DNA from: Octopus sinensis
Taxonomy: Eukaryota
DNA: 64,000 nucleotides
Direction: 5' to 3'
Assembly (NCBI RefSeq): GCF_006345805.1
Contig: NC_042999.1
Span: 169,012,001-169,076,000, forward strand
The notes under the pieces are model-generated. The model made no database searches. It was not told the origin of the DNA and was given only the letters and a program-made list of their open reading frames with translations. The translations under genes and the position numbers were made by a program. Shown here in pieces: positions 1 to 11,469 of the stretch (within the stretch, counting starts at the first letter, position 1; each line of letters begins with the position of its first letter).

Positions 1-426
1 TTAAATCAGTCAAATGGGATCCATTATTGTCCACACACTGTCGAAGGCGTTCACGAAAGTTGTCAATAACTCGGTGGGTCATTTCATGTGGAATGGCAGT
101 AATTTCTTGACGAATTGCATCTTTAAGTTCTGGCGGTGCGAGGTCGGCCGGTTGATTTTCGTTTCAATGCAGATCCAGTAGCTCTGAAGTTGGTAACCCA
201 TAACAAGATCGTGTTTCAAGCTGGTACGGGATCATGTCTACCAAGATTGAAGTGCAAATGGAACGCTCTTTGTGTTGCAGTTACAGAATCGTTTGTTTTG
301 ATAAACGTTTACACAATAAAAGCGTGATGCTCACCAGTCCAATTCATGGCAGCAACTGAAAAAGAAACGAAAAACAATGCCTTTTATTTAACCTACAAAT
401 GTGTCAGATCATTTTGCCTGACCCTG
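1..426 (-). mobile_element. Internally deleted Tc1/mariner-superfamily DNA transposon (3' end lies outside the window)
   Basis: Minus strand from ATG 347 reads MNWTGEHHAFIV*TFIKTNDSVTATQRAF...GRPRTART (HTH N-terminus). It is joined at about 125 to the transposase C-terminus ELKDAIRQEITAIP...RQCVDNNGSHL, so the DDE core is missing. The 5' terminus CAGGGTCAGGCAAAATG ends at 426 next to TA 427-428. Confidence 0.72.
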
Positions 427-428
427 TA

Positions 429-1895
429 TATCAGGTCATTAAGAATGAAATGTCGAATTTTAAACTGAAAGTTATTTTACTTTATCTGAACAAAAGCAAT
501 GCATTTAATCAAAGTATGCACCAAAATTATCAACACAATTTTGCCATTTTATTTTTTTTCTACTGTAGGCACAAGGCCCAAAATTTATGGGGAAGGGGCC
601 AGTTAATTAGATCGACCCCAGTACACAACTGGTACTTAATTTATCAGCCCCAAAAGGATGAAAGCAAAGTCAACCTCAGCGGAATTTGAACTCCAAATGT
701 AAAGACAGACAAAATATCGTTACGCATTTCACCCTAACATTTCTGCCAGCTTGGCACCTTCAATTTTGCCATTTTATTGATAGCTTATTTATGCTAGCAG
801 CAAAAAATTCTGGAGAGCAAGAGGTGATGAAATCATGAAAGGCTGCTTTTGCACCTTCTTCGGATTTGAAGTTTTTTCCTTGCAAAAAGTTGTCTAATGC
901 CCGGAAAACATGATACTCAGTTGGTGCAGGGTCTGGTGAATATAGTGGATGACAGAGTACTTCCAAGTTCAGTTCCTATAATTTGAGTAGTGTTCTTTGT
1001 GCACCATGCGGTCAAGCATTGTCTTGCAAGAGAACTGGTCTGTTTCTATTGACCAATCATGATTGTTTAATTTCAAATTTACTCATTTCAGCCAATTGGC
1101 TGATGTATATATCCACTGTAATTGACTTACCAGATCTCATGAAGCTGTAGTGGATGGCACCAGTGCTGGACCACTAAACAGACACCATTAGCTTCTTTTG
1201 GATTGTGTTTAGCACTTCATTTCTATCCAACCACCCTGCAGAACTCTTGCTATTGTTGAAAAGAATCCATTTTTCATCACACGTTACAATAAGATGCAAA
1301 AATGGTTCACTTTTATGCTGTAACAGCAAAGAACAGTAAGTTTCAAGACAACATGTCATTTGATGCTCATTCAGTTCATGTGGTACCCACTTGTCTAGAT
1401 TCTTTACCTTGCCGATTTGTTTCAGATGGAATCAAAACATCAAACCTTGCTGCTAACTCATGTGTAGTTTGAGATGTATCCGCTTCCACTACAGTTTCCA
1501 GCTCATCATTATCCACCTTGGTCTCAGGTCTACCATGGGGTTGATTTTCAAGAGTAAAGTCACCAGACCGGAACTTCTCAAACCATGAACGTACAGTACG
1601 TTCATTTGCCACATTTTCACCAAACATCCCACTGATGCTTCAAGCTCTCTCGGATGCACTGGTTCTACAACAGAACTCATGTTCATAAACAACAGGAATT
1701 TTTCCATCAGTTCATAAAAATTGATTTAGAAGAGAAAACTCACAATGTAATCAGATACTGTGAATTGCATTTCGAAAAGTGATGTAACTCTTCAATGTTG
1801 TAAAACAAATAATTGTCAGAATAAATCATTAGAGTTAACTATTGTCAAACTTGGTGCATAAGAAAATTGGTCAGTTCATTCTTAATGACCTGATA
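429..1895 (-). mobile_element. Mariner (D,D34D-type) transposon, full length but frameshifted
   Basis: TIR TATCAGGTCATTAAGAATGAA at 429-449 matches the reverse complement of 1875-1895, with TA on both sides. ORF pieces 1376-1627 (HTH), 1174-1359 (IVTCDEKW) and 760-966 (HPLYSPDPAPTEYHVF, resembling YSPDLAPSDYHLF). The C-terminus CVDNFGAYFD* lies at about 505-540, beyond a SINE insertion. Confidence 0.92.
554..760 (-). mobile_element. tRNA-headed SINE, family S2 (AAGGCGGCGAGCTGGCAGAA head), inserted in the mariner
   Basis: Homologous to copies at 17445, 24345, 34797 and 54068. Flanked by an 18-bp direct repeat CAATTTTGCCATTTTATT at 536-553 and 761-778. Confidence 0.88.
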
Positions 1896-1905
1896 TATAC
1901 ATATA

Positions 1906-2599
1906 CTAGCAGTATAACCCAGCCTTGCCCGGGATTAAGTTACAATTATTAAGCTAATCAAGTTCTTTATTTCAAACCAAACTAGGTAATATCAACTCTC
2001 AACAAAACACTTTTTTACTCGGCGTAAACTAAAAACAAAACTCTTTCGCACCCAAAGTAATGTGTGTGAGAGAGAAGAGGAGGAAGAAAGATGAACGATT
2101 TAAAATAAATAAATGATTTAAAATAAATATATTGTAATTGTTTTATGAGAAAGTATATATACTATGATTATAAAATATATTGTCTTTCAAAATCATCCTG
2201 AATTTTAACACTATATCTCGTGTTTAAGAAAAAACAAATCATTTTACATTTCATTTTATATGAACGTCGTCACTTACTCTCTCTCTCTCTCCCTCTCTCA
2301 CTTTGTCTTTCCTGTGAAACTCTGCCTCCTTCTTCCACTTTTCTTTATCTTGTTTTTTTTGTTAGACGCCGTCAAAAAAGCTATGGCTGATATTTTTTAT
2401 GGCTAAAAGCAATGGCTGAAAATAGATTTTTACACTATCCGCAGGTGCCTTGGGATAAAAATAAGTTGACAAAACCCAGATAGGATGTTGACGAAAGTCC
2501 TAAAATTTGAGCGACATGCATGCTAATTTGTGGATGTGCATAAATTACAATCACGTACACACACACACACACACGCACACACATCCTCCCTTTTATAGA
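1906..2599 (-). mobile_element. Non-autonomous Helitron (family B)
   Basis: Minus strand starts A|TCTATAAAAGGG followed by (GT)n, and ends with a CCCGGGCAAGGCTGGG hairpin plus CTAG|T at 1906. Confidence 0.65.
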
Positions 2600-2619
2600 T
2601 ATGATATATATATATATAT

Positions 2620-2860
2620 TTCTTTTACTTGTTTCAGTTATTTGACTGCAGCCATGCTGGAACACCACCTTTAGTCGAACAAATTGACCCTAGGACTTAT
2701 TCTTTGTAAGCCTAGTACCTATTCTATCAGTCTCTTTTGCTGAACCACTAGGTTATGGGGAGGTAAACATGCCAACATCAGTTGTCAAGCGATGGTGGGG
2801 GTACAAACACAGACACACAAATAAATACATGCATAAATACACACACACATATGTATGTAT
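2620..2860 (-). mobile_element. SINE family S1, 3' half
   Basis: TTTTACTTGTTTCAGTTATTTGACTGCAGCCATGCTGG...GTTGTCAAGCGATG...ACAAACACAGACAC matches the other S1 copies. Confidence 0.8.
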
Positions 2861-2873
2861 ATATATATATATA

Positions 2874-3856
2874 CTAGCATTATGACCCGTCGTTGCCGGG
2901 TCATAGTGCTAGTGCATGTATATTTGTGTATATATATGTGTACATATTACATGTACATCTATATATATACATCTACACATAAAATACAAAATACAAAGTT
3001 ATATCTTGATATCGCTAGTGATAACAATACTCAAAATATACAACAGACTGGAATTGTTAGCCCGTCTCTTGTAATTTCGATCAATTGTATCTTGTCCTCC
3101 CTCTTGTATAGAAGTGTGGCTACAATCCTTACAATCCAGCCTACCTCTACTTGGGGGGGGGGGTTGGCATTTAAAATTTTTTCCGGGACGTCCTATATCC
3201 CAGATATAAAGGTAAAAATAAAATATTTCCACTTTGCAAGTTCGAGTCGAGTACTCCCTTGCACGCTCCATTGACTCGAACCTTGCTTCTATTGTGGCGA
3301 ATTTACCGCCTCTGATTAGTTATCTTTCATAGTTACACGAAGACACTTTTCGAAGGTGCTTTCCTCCATGTGTTCAAATCTTCTTTTTTCTCTACATTGT
3401 ATACTTTATAGACAATAGTCTTTTCTTTAATTTAATTTTTTATTATCCATCTGGACTATTCCATTTCTGCACGCTAATTTTATTTTTAATTTATTCCCAT
3501 TCATGTGAAACCACTTATTCAAGTTCTCATTGATGCAATTTTATACCAATTGCTATTTTTACTTTTGTTATGTTACGATTATATCATACTTTAGTTTGAT
3601 TTTAATTATTACTTACTACATATAATTCAATTATTATTATTATTTTTATTGTTAAAGTGAAAGTATCTGACATAAAATAGAGAAATGATTTGTTTCACTT
3701 TTAACATGTAATAGTGGAGAAGATATGATATTGCTATGGGCTCGCTCTAGGCAAGAAGTTGAACATTTTTTTTGCCCATGAAACTACATGGACCCTAAGT
3801 AAGGCATGTGTAAAATTTGAATGAAATTGGTTGTGTAGTTCTCAAGTTTTAGGGAA
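2874..3856 (-). mobile_element. Non-autonomous Helitron (family A), 5' end lost at the junction with a PLE
   Basis: 3' palindrome ACTAGCATTATGACCCG-TCGTTGC-CGGGTCATAGTGCTAGT. The body is collinear with the copies at 32009 and 46229. Confidence 0.82.
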
Positions 3857-3879
3857 TCGTAGTGGAGAAGATATGATAT

Positions 3880-5578
3880 TGCTGTGGCCTAGGCAGAAAG
3901 TTAAAAATTTTTGTCAAAAGGGTGGGTATACATGGCCTTTCTAGGGTTAACAGAAATGACAGAAATAGTAGTAACGATAATGAAGATAACCCTAGAAAGG
4001 CCATTAACATGTATACCCACCCCTTTGACACTCAATTCTTCAACGTATGTGACAAATCTTACGGCATAAGCCTGATTTATCCAACAACATTACCCTTCAA
4101 CAAAAGAGTCTACATCCCAAGACATACTAATGACCATATGGAAGCACAGTTCACTATAGCTAGGACCAAACTTAGACAGATTTTAGGATTATACACTAAG
4201 AGACAGAGACAGAATAAGACAGAGGCCCAACAACTCGGGATTAAACCTGCATGTGGCCTACAGAAGCTCATTCAGCGCACGAGGAACGGAGAGGTGATAT
4301 GCCTTCCCACGGATAAGTCCGGCAGGATGTCAATAGACAGCTTACCAAACTACATCCAGGCAATGCAACCTCATATCGCCAATACAAAAATAACAACTTT
4401 ACAGGCACATGAGGAGAGAGAGAAAAGGTCCTCAACGCCCACATGATGATGTGGACAATTGTTCTGGGACCCCAGAAATGTACAGCAAATAATTTCCAAG
4501 CCTGGAACAATGATATCCCAGCACTGTATGGACTTCGCAAGGACCATAAAGTAACCACTGACCCTATAGCAGGACCACCAACAAGACCAGTCTGTGGAGC
4601 GAATATCGCTAGCAATTACAGAATCTCCTACTTCCTCTCAATGATCATATGCCCTATAATCCGGATGTCACCTGATGTTTGTGACAGCACAGAAGATCTC
4701 CTCAGCAGGATTAATGACTGTAACAACACTTGTGACCTGACAGGATTTATGGTGGGTAGCATGGATGTGGTATCCCTATACCCATCGATCGACGTAGATT
4801 TTGCGGTGGAGAAGTGCGTGGATGTGATGATCAATGAGAGCAAGGTGGAGTTCCGCAATGTCAACACAGAGGAACTGGGCCTCTTACTTGGACTGACATG
4901 TGACAATGAATACCTAGATAAACATGATCTTAGTAGTCTCTGCCCCAGTAGACGTTTAAGAGGTAGACCACCCACAATTACTTCTATGGCTAGGAAGACC
5001 CATATAGAGAGATGGCGCGGATGGACCAGAGCCATACGGAGCCCCGCAAATGTCCACCAGGTAAAGAAAATGATCGCACATGCACTAGGAGCTAGTATAA
5101 GAGTTACCCTAAAAGGCCACACGTTTAAGTTTAACAATAAAATATATGCCCAGGACGAGGGGGCAGCCATCGGCGTTAGTATCGCTGGTGATGTGGCCAA
5201 CCTTTTCATGGTATGGTTGGACAGAAGGCTTAAAGAACGCCTAACACAGAACTCCATACTCGTAAACATGTACTCTCGCTATGTTGATGATATCAACATA
5301 GTGGTAAAGGCATCCCCACAAGAGAGTACTGTTGATATAGTAATAGAAACTAATACTATGGAAAGCATCCAGCAAATAGCTAACTCCATCCACCAGAGTA
5401 TTAAGGAGTATAGACTACCCCACTAAACACCCCAACCATAGACTACCAGTACTAGACACTGAACTCTGGCTAGAAATTGTGAATAATAAAACCCAAATCC
5501 TTCATTCATACTATGCCAAACCTATGGCCTCAAAAGACTTGATCCACCGGAACTCAGCCAACATAGAGATATAAGCAT
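3880..5578 (+). mobile_element. Penelope-like element (PLE) reverse transcriptase, frameshifted and 3'-truncated
   Basis: ORFs 3922-4446 and 4443-5426 carry PLE RT motifs: LPTDKSG, IPALYGLRKDHK, RPV, GSMDVVSLYPSID, QDEGAAIGVSIAGDVANLFM and RYVDDI. LPVLDTELW follows in another frame. No GIY-YIG domain is present. Confidence 0.88.
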
Positions 5579-5603
5579 GCACAAATGAAGACTATATAAT
5601 GTA

Positions 5604-5661
5604 TATGACAGTTTAAAAGTTTTGAATTAAGTATTTAATTCAAAACTTTTCAACTGTCATA
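5604..5661. repeat. 27-bp inverted repeat with a 4-nt loop
   Basis: TATGACAGTTTAAAAGTTTTGAATTAA-GTAT-TTAATTCAAAACTTTTCAACTGTCATA, one mismatch. Confidence 0.9.
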
Positions 5662-6066
5662 CTCTTTACTCTTTTACTTGTTGCATTCATTTTGACTGTG
5701 GCCATGCTGGAGCACCGCCTTTAGTCGAGCAAATCGACCCCGGGGCTTATTCTTTGTAAGCCTAGTACTTATTCTATCGGTCTCTTTTGCCGAACTGCTA
5801 AGTTATGGGGACATAAACACACCAGCATCGGTTGTCAAGCAATGCTAGGGGGACAAACACAGACACAGAAACACACACACACACATATATATATATATAC
5901 ATATATACGACAGGCTTCTTTCAGTTTCCATCTACCAAATCCACTCACAAGGCATTGGTCAGCCTGGGGCTATAGCAGAAGATACTTGCCCAAGATGCCA
6001 CGAAGACTGAACCCGGAATCATGTGATTGGTTAGCAAGCTACTTGCCACACAGCCACTCCTGCGCC
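5661..6066 (-). mobile_element. SINE family S1 (tRNA-like head, internal CA/TA microsatellite, GAGTAAAA-repeat tail)
   Basis: Minus-strand head GGCGCAGGAGTGGCTGTGTGG with A-box-like and B-box-like motifs. High similarity to about 10 other copies in the window. Confidence 0.9.
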
Positions 6067-6252
6067 TTGATACATTATATATTTATACTTATATATATTT
6101 ACATATCTTTATACATATTTATATTTTTAGTATAGCAAGTATTTTACACATGTATATATCTTTCTGAAGAATTTTCTAATATTGATTTCCTGACATTAAT
6201 AATATATTATAATATATGTGTGTGTGTGTGTGTGGTGTGTGTGTGTGTGTGT

Positions 6253-6490
6253 GTGGAGGCATGTGGCTTAGTGCTTAGGGTGTCAGCATCATGATCGTAA
6301 GATTGTGGTTTCAATTCCTGGACTGGGCGACGCATTTTGTTCTTGAGCAAAACACTTCATTTCGCATTGCTCCAACTCACTCAGCAGACAACAATGAGTA
6401 ATGTTGCGATGGATTGGCGTCCCATCCAGTTGGGGGTCACATATACCATTGAAACCAGGAAATCAGACCCTGGCTATGCTTTAAAAGGGC
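6253..6490 (+). mobile_element. Degenerate tRNA-headed SINE (S3-related)
   Basis: GTGGAGGCATGTGGCTTAGTGCTTAGG...GGTTTCAATTCCTGGACTGGGCG resembles the head of the copy at 48285. Confidence 0.6.
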
Positions 6491-6510
6491 ACATTTATTT
6501 ATTTATATAG

Positions 6511-9160
6511 ATCATCATCATCATCATCAACGTTTAAAGTCCGCTTTCCATGCTAGCATGGGTTGGACAATTTTGACTGAGGGCTGGCAAGCCCGATGGC
6601 TGCACCAGGCTCCAATTTTGATCTGGCAGAGTTTCTACAGCTGGATGCCCTTCCTAACGCCAACCACTCTGAGAGTGTAGTGGGTGCTTTTTACGTGCCA
6701 CAGGCATGGAGGCCAGTCAGGCGGTACTGGCAATGACCTCGCTCGAATACTTTTACGCATGCCACCAGCACAGGTACCAGTAAGGCGACTTTGGTAACGA
6801 TCACGCTCGAATGGTGCCCTTTTATGTCCCACTGGCACAGAAGCCAGTTGGCTGCTCTGGCAACGATCACACTCGGATGGTGCTCTTGGCACCCTACTAG
6901 CAGAGGCATGAGTGCCAGTAAGGCGACGCTGGTAACAATCATACTCGAATACCCGCTCTGTCAACGATCAAACTCATATGGTGCTCTTTGCACCCTGCTA
7001 GCACAGATGCCAATCATCGAACTGATTTTGATTTGATTTTGATTTCACTTGCCTCAAGAGGTCTTCACAAAGCAGGGTCACAAGTTATGATCTCATTTGG
7101 CTTGCCGGGTCTTCTCGAGCACAGCATATTTCCAAAAGTCTGGTCGCTAGCCATTTCCTTGGGGAGGCCTAATATTCGAAGGTCGTGCTTCACCACTTCA
7201 TCCCAGGTCTTCCTGGGTCTACTTCTTCCACGGGTTCCCTCAACCGCTAGGTTGTGGCACTTTTCCACAGCTATCCTCATCCATTCTTGCCACATGACCA
7301 TACCAGCGCAGTCGTCTCTCTTGCACACCACATCTAATGCTTCTTAGGTCCAACTTTTCTCTCAAGGTACTTACACTGCAGTTGTCGGACCAGGAATATA
7401 GCATCAGTGGTGATTCTACCTGGCACAAAACCGAACTGCATCTCATCTAAGCAAATTCTCTCCCTAATGAGATGGGCTATGACCCTCTCTGAGACCTTCA
7501 TCACCTGATCCAACAGTTTAATACCCCTGTAGTTATTTCTATCTAGAGCATCACCCTTACCCTTGTAGCAGTTGACTATGGTGCTGCTACGCCAGTCATT
7601 GGGTATGACTCCATTATGAACTACCTGGTTAACAATACAAGTGACTAGGCCATAGCCCACATAACCAGCTGTTTTAAGCATCTCAGCAGTGATTCCTGAT
7701 GGGCCAGGGGCTTTACCTGGTTTCATACCCTTAATTACCTTAACTACAAGGGAGCTGTCTATTCGGATAGCTGGTCCCTCTACTGGGTCAACATTTGGCA
7801 GGCTCTCCTCCTCCCATTCATTCTCCACATTCAGCAGTCTTTCATAATGGCTTCTCCAAGCCTCTTTCTTTTCACCAACAGTAAAAGCAAGTGCCCCATC
7901 ATCCATGCGGACACATTTCTCTCCTGTAACATCACTATTTTCTCTCACACACTGTCTAGCAATCCGAAATACCTCAGTTCTTTGGTCCTCACATCGCTGG
8001 ACATTGGCAAACTTCTTCTTTTCTGCTACATCTTTGGCTATGTATACCTGCTGCCCAGCCTCCCTTTTGGCTACCTGGTACAGTTCCCTGCTACCCCCAT
8101 CCCTCCAGGCTTTCCAGGCCTGTTTCTTTGCACTAATGGCTTTGTCTACTGCACTATTCCACCACCACGTAACTCTAGGTCTGGAAGGGACTTTGCACCA
8201 TCCACGGACTTGGTCTGTGGCACTCAGCAAGCTATCGCGTAGGAATTTCCAGCTACCTTCTATGTCCGATGTCTGTAGCTCGTCCTCCCTCTCATCAAAT
8301 TTCTTGATGAGGATGTCCCTAAATCTCTGACCATGTGAAGGGTTTTTTAGCTTCCAAATCCTTCTTTTCTGGATTGGTCTGTTTCTTGGAATCCTTCTGG
8401 CCTCAAGCCTAAAGTCACTATTGATTAGCCTATGCTGAGGGGTACATTCTTCACCCGGGAGGGTCTTTGTATTTAAGAGCAACCCTGCATCCCGCTGTCT
8501 GGTGAGGATGAAGTCTATTTGGCTAGCGGAGTCTCCTGACTGATAGGTTATTAGGTGGCAGTCAGGCTTCCTGAATTTAGTGTTGCAGATTAAAAGGTTA
8601 CATGCATCACAGAATTCCAGTAGTCTAGTTCCCTCATCATTTCTGGTGCCAATACCATGGCCACCGTGTACCCCAGTGAAGATACCCGATTCTCGCCCAA
8701 CATGCCCATTAAAATCTCCACCCACAAAGATGAGGTCCTTGCCACTCGTCTTTGAGGTAGCCTGTAGAAGGGTATCATAAAAGTGGTCCTTCTGATCATT
8801 TGGTAGCCCCGCATGTGGGGCATAGGCAGAGATATTCGTAGCTGTGCCACTCTGTAGGACTAACCTGAGCTTAAGCACTCTATCGCAAACCCTGACAAAC
8901 TCTATGACCTTATCCACCCATTTCTCCGCAAGGAGAATGCCTACACCCCCTACACCATCCATGTTACCTTGCCAGAAGACTTTATACCTATGAGGACTTT
9001 ATACCTATGCCTGTGAGGACCCTAGCTGAAGCACCTCTCCATCTTACCTCTTGTATGCATCTCACTAGACCTACCTTTCAGTGTACCAACATTGACAGTG
9101 CCAACTCTGAAAACTGGAAAGGTAATGTGGGGGGAGGGGTGCAATTCAGCGCCTGAAAAG
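6511..9160 (-). mobile_element. RTE-clade LINE, copy 1: APE endonuclease plus RT N-terminus, RT core deleted, 3' UTR and (TGA)n tail present
   Basis: ORF 7334-8962 has SAYAP, GGDFNGHVG, DFIL, KAPGPSG, YRGIKLL and QFGFVPG. A broken N-terminus RVGTVNVGTL lies at about 9080-9115. The junction at 7375/7376 skips to the C-terminal LRWYGHV region. The tail appears as (CAT)n at 6511-6530. The 5' UTR may extend to about 9400. Confidence 0.92.
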
Positions 9161-9965
9161 AAGAGTGTTGTTGTGGTGGTGATCGTTTTTTAGGCATTTT
9201 TCATCTGATCTCTCTTCCGACCTCACAACATTCAAGCATTTAGACGTGATAAGGATATGGTCCCTGCCGTAGGCAGGAGCTGGTGTTAGCAGCGTTGTAA
9301 GCATAAGCATTAAGGTCATGATGATGTAGATGTAAGCTCTATGGCAGAAATACTGATATTCTAGGTGTTAGTAGCATTCTAAGCAAGCATTATGGTCATT
9401 GAGTAATGTAGTTTAAGCAGCGTAGCAGAAACATGGATATTCTAGTATTGGGTTGGGGGAGGGGGATTCCAGCTGAAAAAAATTTTGGTTGCATTGCGGC
9501 GGGGAAGGGTTCCATAAGGGAGAAGAGAGAGGGAGAGAGGGAGAGAAAGTGGGGGGAAATGGAGGAGAGAGTGCAGGTAATATAGGGGAGCACCAGTGGG
9601 GAGGGTGGGGTAAGGAGAAACGATGACAGGTAGAGTTGGTTGCAGGTTCTAGACAGAATGAAACGTAGGATATCACGAGTGAGGGAGGGGACTGGAAGGA
9701 GATGGCCGGTTGAGGCAGTGACAGATTTCAAAACAGAAGGAAACATAAGATAACTGGTTAAGTGGGCCGGTTGATGAGCTGCGGCGCTAAATGCTTCTGT
9801 CTTCGGGGAGAGGGGCAGGGGTAGGGGTAATACATAGTGAAATGGCATATTGAGGAGGAGGGGTTGGAGGAATAGACACACGTAATGGTGGTTGGAGAAG
9901 GGATATCCGGTGTAGATGGTGTAAACAGAGTGTTATCCGGTGGTGGGGGTGGGAGAGGGCAGGCA

Positions 9966-9991
9966 TATATATATATATATTATATATATAT

Positions 9992-10069
<78 letters not shown>

Positions 10070-10075
10070 TAAATT
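9966..10075. repeat. (TA)n microsatellite
   Basis: Direct reading of the sequence. Confidence 0.95.
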
Positions 10076-10249
10076 AGAGCTAAAATTAATTAATTTTATT
10101 TCTATGTATTGGCTTATGATTTTCACTGTTTGATTTGCCTAATAGTGGTTTTATCTCTAATTTAATATAATATAATATAATATATTTATACTATAAAATT
10201 ATATTTAATCCTAAATCTAATTTTTCCCTGTAAGTTTGGGTTTACTCCC

Positions 10250-10287
<38 letters not shown>

Positions 10288-10291
<4 letters not shown>

Positions 10292-10341
10292 CCTCTATTC
10301 TTTACTTTAGAGTGTGGTTCTTTTCTGATATATGTTTTACT

Positions 10342-10379
<38 letters not shown>

Positions 10380-10428
10380 AGTAAAACATATATCAGAAAA
10401 GAACCACGCTCTAAAGAATAGAGGAACA
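10288..10428. repeat. Near-perfect palindrome centred on (TA)16
   Basis: Arms of about 52-57 bp (GTTCCTCTATTC...GTTTTACTGAC / GTCAGTAAAAC...GAATAGAGGAAC), differing by one substitution and one 5-nt indel. Confidence 0.9.
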
Positions 10429-10505
10429 ATTATTGAAACAAAAATCTTAATTCTGGTCATAGAGTTACAAAAGGTTTCATACCCACAAAAGCTAAAGCCT
10501 TAAGG

Positions 10506-10680
10506 TCAGCTCATGAGACTATACAAGATGATGTTGCTTGAAGTGCAGGTGAAGGCGTGAGTGATATGATAGGATCGATGATGGGTGCCTGTGATGAGGG
10601 TGGTGTTGGATAGGTGTAGGGAAGTGTGACAGCATGGGTGAGCAATGTACCCCGGCATTGCCCAGTTGTTATGACCTACA
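10506..10680 (-). mobile_element. Small PLE fragment (start of the GIY-YIG region)
   Basis: Reads YHITHAFTCTSSNIILY, similar to YHVTDSFTCISSNVIYC at about 31930. Confidence 0.5.
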
Positions 10681-11469
10681 GCAGTGGTTCCCAAACGTTT
10701 TCAGACTGCTGCCCCCTTAACACCCAGGCCACATTCCTAGTGCCCCCACCCCTACTAACCATCACAAACACAGACCCCTTTCTGAAGCAAATTCAAAGCA
10801 ACTGTATTTCACAAATAAAACTTAACCTAATGAACCCATTATTTTGTTTGTTTTTACATGAATTGCTCCCCCATTATCGCCCCACTTTTGATAATTTAAT
10901 AAAATCAACAAATTTCACCTAGTAGTATTTCAGTATGGAAAAGGACCATATTTGGTAAAAACTTATATAATTATAACAACAAGGGTTTGCAACAAGTTGC
11001 ATGACCACATACTCAAAATTTTAGAAATAGCAGCCAAAGGATTACTATTTCCTTTTTCTACAAAAATATGTCTCCACATACAACAATATTTGTAACTCAC
11101 ATATGGCAAAAAAAAGAAGAAAAATAATGAAATCAAACAGTCCTCGGTTAATTATGGATGCACGTTTCTGGATTAGAATCATAAGATTCATTTCCTTTAT
11201 CAACATAATATTCCGGTAAATAAATCTAGAAATGCTAGGAAAACTAACCTCTTATATTTCCGATCAAGCGTCATCGGAACACATAAAAGCCAACCAGCAT
11301 ATCCACATTTATATAGACAAGCGAATTCGTATTTCCCTCCAAAATTGATTTATCTTCATCAGCCACATATACCTCAACAACATTTCAAATGTTGCCATCT
11401 ATGCCAGTACACTCGTCTGAACGCCAAAGCGTTAACAGAGCGAGAACAGTGAAGAAGTTTCAATGAAAA

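Noticed and set aside
3856-3900. Short diverged re-start of Helitron A internal sequence at the Helitron/PLE junction
   Set aside because: Most simply a remnant of an older nested copy or an internal subrepeat. Too short to interpret.
9396-9881. 161-aa minus-strand ORF 5' of RTE copy 1
   Set aside because: Pyrimidine-rich low-complexity sequence with no motif I can name. It may be LINE 5' UTR or a decayed PLE piece, so I left it unassigned.
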